Below are positions 25,084-28,639 of a stretch of 28,639 bases of DNA, one piece after another (positions within the stretch are counted from its first letter, which is position 1; each line of letters starts with the position of its first letter). A program made the translations under genes and the position numbers. The notes under the pieces are model-generated. The model was not told the DNA's origin. It was given only the letters and a program-made list of their open reading frames with translations, and did not search any database. This DNA is from an uncultured Dehalococcoidaceae bacterium (GTDB lineage: Bacteria; Chloroflexota; Dehalococcoidia; Dehalococcoidales; RBG-16-60-22), in NCBI GenBank assembly GCA_964461475.1, contig CAYWUK010000001.1, positions 1-28,639 of the forward strand, written 5' to 3'.

Positions 25084-25755
25084 CTATTCTTCAATGACGA
25101 AGGAAAATACTATAAGCGATACCACAAGAAAAATGGCGTCAAAAGCCACTATTATCTGGAGCCAGGGTGCCAGGCCAGACCAGGATGCTCCGGAGAGGGC
25201 GGCCGCGGAAGCCTTGACCGCAGCGATGATTATGGGGACAACAATGGGCAGGAAAAGGATGGGCAGCACCATCTCCCTCGCTTTGGTGTTTACGGCCAGG
25301 GCGGAGAACAGGGTGCCCACGGAGACGAAGCCAAGCGTGGCCAGGAATGTGACCAGGATAATCTGTGGTATGAGCACGGGCAGATTGAAGAGGAAAGCGA
25401 AGGCGGGCAGGGCTATCGCTTCAATGATTAGCATAAAGAGCAGGCTCCCGAGCATCTTGCCGGTGTAGATTACCTCCCGGCTTACCGGGCAGAGCATCAG
25501 CCCTTCCATGCAGCCCTGTTCCTTCTCCGGGACGAAGGAGCGGTTCAGGCTCAGCACTCCGGCGAAGGCGAAGGTCACCCACAGCATGCCCGGCCCCAGC
25601 AGCCCTGCCATCTCCTGTCCCGACTCAAAGGCAAAGTTGAAGATGACTATCACCAGCAGGGTGAAGACCAGCACCGAGAAGATAATCTCCCTGGTTCGCA
25701 TCTCAGAGATGATGTCTTTCCAGGTGATGGTCATGACCTTTTGCCAGAAATTCAT
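25084..25755 (-). CDS. ccmB: Heme exporter protein B
   Basis: WKDIISEMRTRE, LSLNRSFVPEKEQGCMEGL, LPILFLPIVVPIIIAAV. Confidence 0.93.
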   Translation of the reverse strand: MNFWQKVMTITWKDIISEMRTREIIFSVLVFTLLVIVIFNFAFESGQEMAGLLGPGMLWVTFAFAGVLSLNRSFVPEKEQGCMEGLMLCPVSREVIYTGKMLGSLLFMLIIEAIALPAFAFLFNLPVLIPQIILVTFLATLGFVSVGTLFSALAVNTKAREMVLPILFLPIVVPIIIAAVKASAAALSGASWSGLAPWLQIIVAFDAIFLVVSLIVFSFVIEE

Positions 25756-26483
25756 GCTTCCACCTTGGTGCTTTGGTTATAGGTGTTTTTCAGGGCGGCC
25801 AGGTCCAGCAGTTGGCTTGACCCCTGGTAAACGATTTTCCCCCTGTCCAGAATCAACAGGCGCTCGCCCAGCTCTAGCCCGCGCTCCAGGTTATGGGTAG
25901 TGAGGATGGTGGTTGTTTCCCCTTCTCTTTGCAGGGCCTCCCAGAGAATTGATATGGCCTGCTGGTCCAGCCCCGTTTCTGGCTCATCCAGCAGCATTAT
26001 GCTCGGCCTGTGCAGCAGGCAGCGGGCGATGGCCAGCCTCTGCTGCATGCCCCGGGAAAGGGTGCACACCCTGTCGTGAAGTCTGGGCGCCATCTCCACC
26101 ATCGTTGCCAGCTCGTGTATTCGCTCTTCGTACGCGGGCACATCATACATGCGGCTGTAGAATTTCAGGTTTTCATATGCGGTGAGGTTGCCGTAGAGGA
26201 AAGTCTGGTGGCTGACCACGCCGATTCTGCGCCGGACTGCCTCGGCATCCTTTTTGAGGTCCAGGCCGTCAATAGTGACCTTTCCCGATGTTGGGTTCAT
26301 AATGGTGGCCAGCAGCTTGATTAAGGTGGTCTTGCCCGCACCGTTGGGGCCGAAGATTACCAGGGACTCGCCCCGTCTTACCTCCAGGTCTATCCCCCTC
26401 AGAGCGGGGCGATTGCCGAAGGACTTGGTTAGGCCCTCGATTTCGATTGCCAGGGCCTGAGCAGCGGAGGCGGATTTTTCCAT
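25752..26483 (-). CDS. ccmA: Heme ABC exporter ATP-binding protein
   Basis: GPNGAGKTT, LSRGMQQRL and LLDEPETGLD; ATGA overlap with ccmB. Confidence 0.9.
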   Translation of the reverse strand: MEKSASAAQALAIEIEGLTKSFGNRPALRGIDLEVRRGESLVIFGPNGAGKTTLIKLLATIMNPTSGKVTIDGLDLKKDAEAVRRRIGVVSHQTFLYGNLTAYENLKFYSRMYDVPAYEERIHELATMVEMAPRLHDRVCTLSRGMQQRLAIARCLLHRPSIMLLDEPETGLDQQAISILWEALQREGETTTILTTHNLERGLELGERLLILDRGKIVYQGSSQLLDLAALKNTYNQSTKVEA

Positions 26484-26495
26484 TATGCTCTGTTA

Positions 26496-27650
26496 CTATC
26501 CTCTTCTGGAGTTGATTAGCCTGACCAGCTGCGACTTCTTTTCGGCGCGCAACCTGTGGTATTCGTCTTCTTGAATTTTGCCTTCGGCGAAGGCATCGTC
26601 CAGCCCGGCAAGCTCAGCGAGCAATCTCTGGCTTTCCTCTTCTGGTCCAAGTTCGCCTCCGGCTTCTACCGGCCGGGCTTGCCTCTTCCTCAGCAGGAAA
26701 TAGCCCGCGCCAAAAACGGCAGCGAGCAGCACCAGCGTAAGGGCTGTCCAGGTGACGGCTCCTGGCCCGCTGCCTCCGGGCAGGTCGGAGAGTTTTACCA
26801 CTATAGCCTCGCCGGGGGCAATGCCAGTTGTGGAAAGGTGAGTGAAGAGGTTACTCTGGATGGTCAGCGTCTCTCCTGCGTCCATCTGTTCGCTGGCGAC
26901 TTTGACCGTGTCCCCCTGTACCAGAAGGTCGTAATTCATTGTGGGGTAATTAGCGTGATAGATGAAGCTATAAGCCCCTGAGCTGTAGGGGGCCTGGTAG
27001 GAGTAAGCCACCTCCCTGGAGCCGGGCAGGAGCGGCATGCCCTCGGTGAAACCATCCGCCTGACCATAAATGCAGCAATCCATCAGGCCCATGGTAGGTT
27101 GAAATCCAGTAGCCCCCTGCGGCAGGAAGAATCTGATGGTATCCTTGTCATCTTCGGCGCTCGGCCCTATGTAAGCACGGTCGGCTGTGTTGACGAACAT
27201 GGCGTATTCATTCACCTCAAGCTCGCCTTCGCCTATGTATATTACGGTGTGGGCTGACATAACGCTGACGGCATCTTTGCTGGTAGTGGAATCATAGACG
27301 ACGACCTCGGCAAATTTGCTGGTGGTGCTATCATCAAAGCTGAGCGCTTCGCTGTCATAACTCGCGTTCTGGAAGTCGATGGCCGCCTGGTAGCTGTAAC
27401 CTGGCTCGGTTGACAGGCCTGCAAAAGTGAAATAGCCTTCGCCGTCAGTCCTGGTGGTAGCTGAGTCCACCTCTGCGCCATTCAGGGAGGTCTTGAGGGT
27501 TATTTCCTGGTCGGCCACGCTGCTGCCATCCGCAGTCTTGTTTACAACGAGTCCATCTATTACGCCATTGCCCGGCTCGGCGGCTATGGCAGAGGCCGCT
27601 GGACTGAGTGTGATGGCCAATATTATTAATAAGGCAATGCGTTTGAACAT
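26496..27650 (-). CDS. Ccm-associated hypothetical membrane protein (signal peptide, beta-sandwich ectodomain, TM, CcmI-like helical tail)
   Basis: Signal peptide MFKRIALLIILAITLSPAASAIA; carboxypeptidase-regulatory-like start (TRTDGEGYFTFAGL); TM at about residues 300-322; tail LAELAGLDDAFAEGKIQEDEYHRLR. Confidence 0.75.
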   Translation of the reverse strand: MFKRIALLIILAITLSPAASAIAAEPGNGVIDGLVVNKTADGSSVADQEITLKTSLNGAEVDSATTRTDGEGYFTFAGLSTEPGYSYQAAIDFQNASYDSEALSFDDSTTSKFAEVVVYDSTTSKDAVSVMSAHTVIYIGEGELEVNEYAMFVNTADRAYIGPSAEDDKDTIRFFLPQGATGFQPTMGLMDCCIYGQADGFTEGMPLLPGSREVAYSYQAPYSSGAYSFIYHANYPTMNYDLLVQGDTVKVASEQMDAGETLTIQSNLFTHLSTTGIAPGEAIVVKLSDLPGGSGPGAVTWTALTLVLLAAVFGAGYFLLRKRQARPVEAGGELGPEEESQRLLAELAGLDDAFAEGKIQEDEYHRLRAEKKSQLVRLINSRRG

Positions 27651-27659
27651 CTTTCTCCC

Positions 27660-28073
27660 TCAGCTCAGTTTGGCGCCACATTGAGAGCAGAAGCGGTCGC
27701 CCGCCTGATATCTTGCCCCGCATTGGGGGCAGAACTGCTTTTTGACCTGGCGCAGCTTCAGGACGTGGCTCTCTATTTCATCTTCAATATTTTGCGGGCT
27801 TTCCTTCAGGCCATCCATGTCTTTGAGAATGGAGACGGCCTTGCCCTTGTACCGCGCCTGCAGGTCGCGATAGTCCTCCTCCGAAAGGATGCCCGACTGG
27901 AAGTCAAATTCCAGCTCTTTGAGCATGGAGTAGGTAGTATCGCGTCTGGCGTGCAGTTCCTGCAATTCATCGCCCTCGGTTGAATCGACGCTATGCGGCC
28001 TTTGCCTGAAAAACGGGTAGATGATGAAAGCAAAAGCCAGTATGGTCAATAATATGGCAAAAAATACGGTCAC
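27660..28073 (-). CDS. CcmI-like N-terminal membrane protein with a C-terminal double zinc ribbon
   Basis: TM ending YPF, then LKELEFDFQSGILSEEDYRDL (CcmI-type helical hairpin), then CPQCG...FCSQCG. Confidence 0.75.
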   Translation of the reverse strand: MTVFFAILLTILAFAFIIYPFFRQRPHSVDSTEGDELQELHARRDTTYSMLKELEFDFQSGILSEEDYRDLQARYKGKAVSILKDMDGLKESPQNIEDEIESHVLKLRQVKKQFCPQCGARYQAGDRFCSQCGAKLS

Positions 28074-28552
28074 CGGAAGCTCCTTTCAGAAAACTCGGAC
28101 AGCTCCTTTTCAAGTCGGCGGCAGTATTCATCGTCTTCGTCAATCTTAATCGCGGACTCAAGCCTTCCCCTCTTCAGCCACCCCTTTATGGCGAGGTAGA
28201 TTATCCCTCCGCCAAAAATCAGCGCCACAAAGGGCATAATCCAGGCCATCAGGTTGAAACCTTTCTTGGGAGGCGCGGCCAGCACCTGCTCTCCGTAGCT
28301 GGCGACGAAGGACTGGATAATCTGTTCCTCTGATTGGCCCTGCTCCAGGTCCTGGTTTATCAGGGCGGTCATCGTCTCGCGCGTGCCACATTCGGCGTGG
28401 CTGCAATTGAGCAGGACGGAGTTGCAGCCGCACTGGCAGATAAGTTGTTTGGAGATGTCGCTTACTGTGGCGGCATCGGCCCGGGTGGGGAATAGGGAAA
28501 GTATAGCCAGCGCCAGGATTATGCTGAAATTCAGTTTTAATCGCATTTTCAT
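28070..28552 (-). CDS. ccmH: Cytochrome c biogenesis protein CcmH/CcmL-like
   Basis: Signal peptide, LICQCGC, GQSEEQIIQSFVASYGEQVLAAPPKKGFNLMAWIMP, then a TM helix. The start may be 28552 or 28546. Confidence 0.85.
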   Translation of the reverse strand: MKMRLKLNFSIILALAILSLFPTRADAATVSDISKQLICQCGCNSVLLNCSHAECGTRETMTALINQDLEQGQSEEQIIQSFVASYGEQVLAAPPKKGFNLMAWIMPFVALIFGGGIIYLAIKGWLKRGRLESAIKIDEDDEYCRRLEKELSEFSERSFR

Positions 28553-28639
28553 CCTCCGCTTTTTGAGGCCTGCCTTAGCAGCGGCGGGTGCCGCCGGTCA
28601 GGCCACAGGGTAATCATTCCGCCCAGCAACAATATCGCG
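28549..28639 (-). CDS. ccmF: 3' end of probable heme lyase CcmF (partial)
   Basis: Reads AILLLGGMITLWPDRRHPPLLRQASKSGG*, which resembles the CcmF C-terminal GG.xxLWP helix; the TGA overlaps the ccmH ATG (ATGA). Confidence 0.6.
   Translation of the reverse strand, partial: AILLLGGMITLWPDRRHPPLLRQASKSGG

Overview
A gene-dense chromosomal window from an anaerobic bacterium. Gene content and style suggest Chloroflexota, possibly Dehalococcoidia; this is an inference and was not verified. No rRNA, tRNA, CRISPR array or mobile element was found. From left to right: the 3' end of an unknown + strand gene; a CPA1 cation/H+ antiporter; a co-oriented carbohydrate-to-acetate cluster (gpmA, ROK glucokinase, pyk, ADP-forming acyl-CoA synthetase, DRTGG/Pta-N protein, malQ); a 9x CARDB membrane-anchored surface protein; a zinc-ribbon/rpsU/RRM cluster with two strong RNA hairpins; a Zn-ribbon/OB-fold protein; a DHA2 MFS exporter; a beta-CASP nuclease; phoU with a four-repeat Pho-box-like array and an orphan OmpR-family regulator; an unannotated 50-aa stand-alone ORF; and a System I cytochrome c maturation cluster (ccmF 3' end, ccmH, two CcmI-like accessory genes, ccmA, ccmB, ccmC, and a ccmD missed by the ORF track). 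The ccm cluster runs directly into a two-component system. The most notable observation is that the histidine kinase carries a CXXCH c-heme attachment motif (CHTCH) inside its extracytoplasmic Cache domain. It may therefore be a substrate of the Ccm machinery encoded beside it, forming a candidate heme-c redox, gas or maturation sensing circuit. All product calls come from motif recognition by eye; no database search was run.
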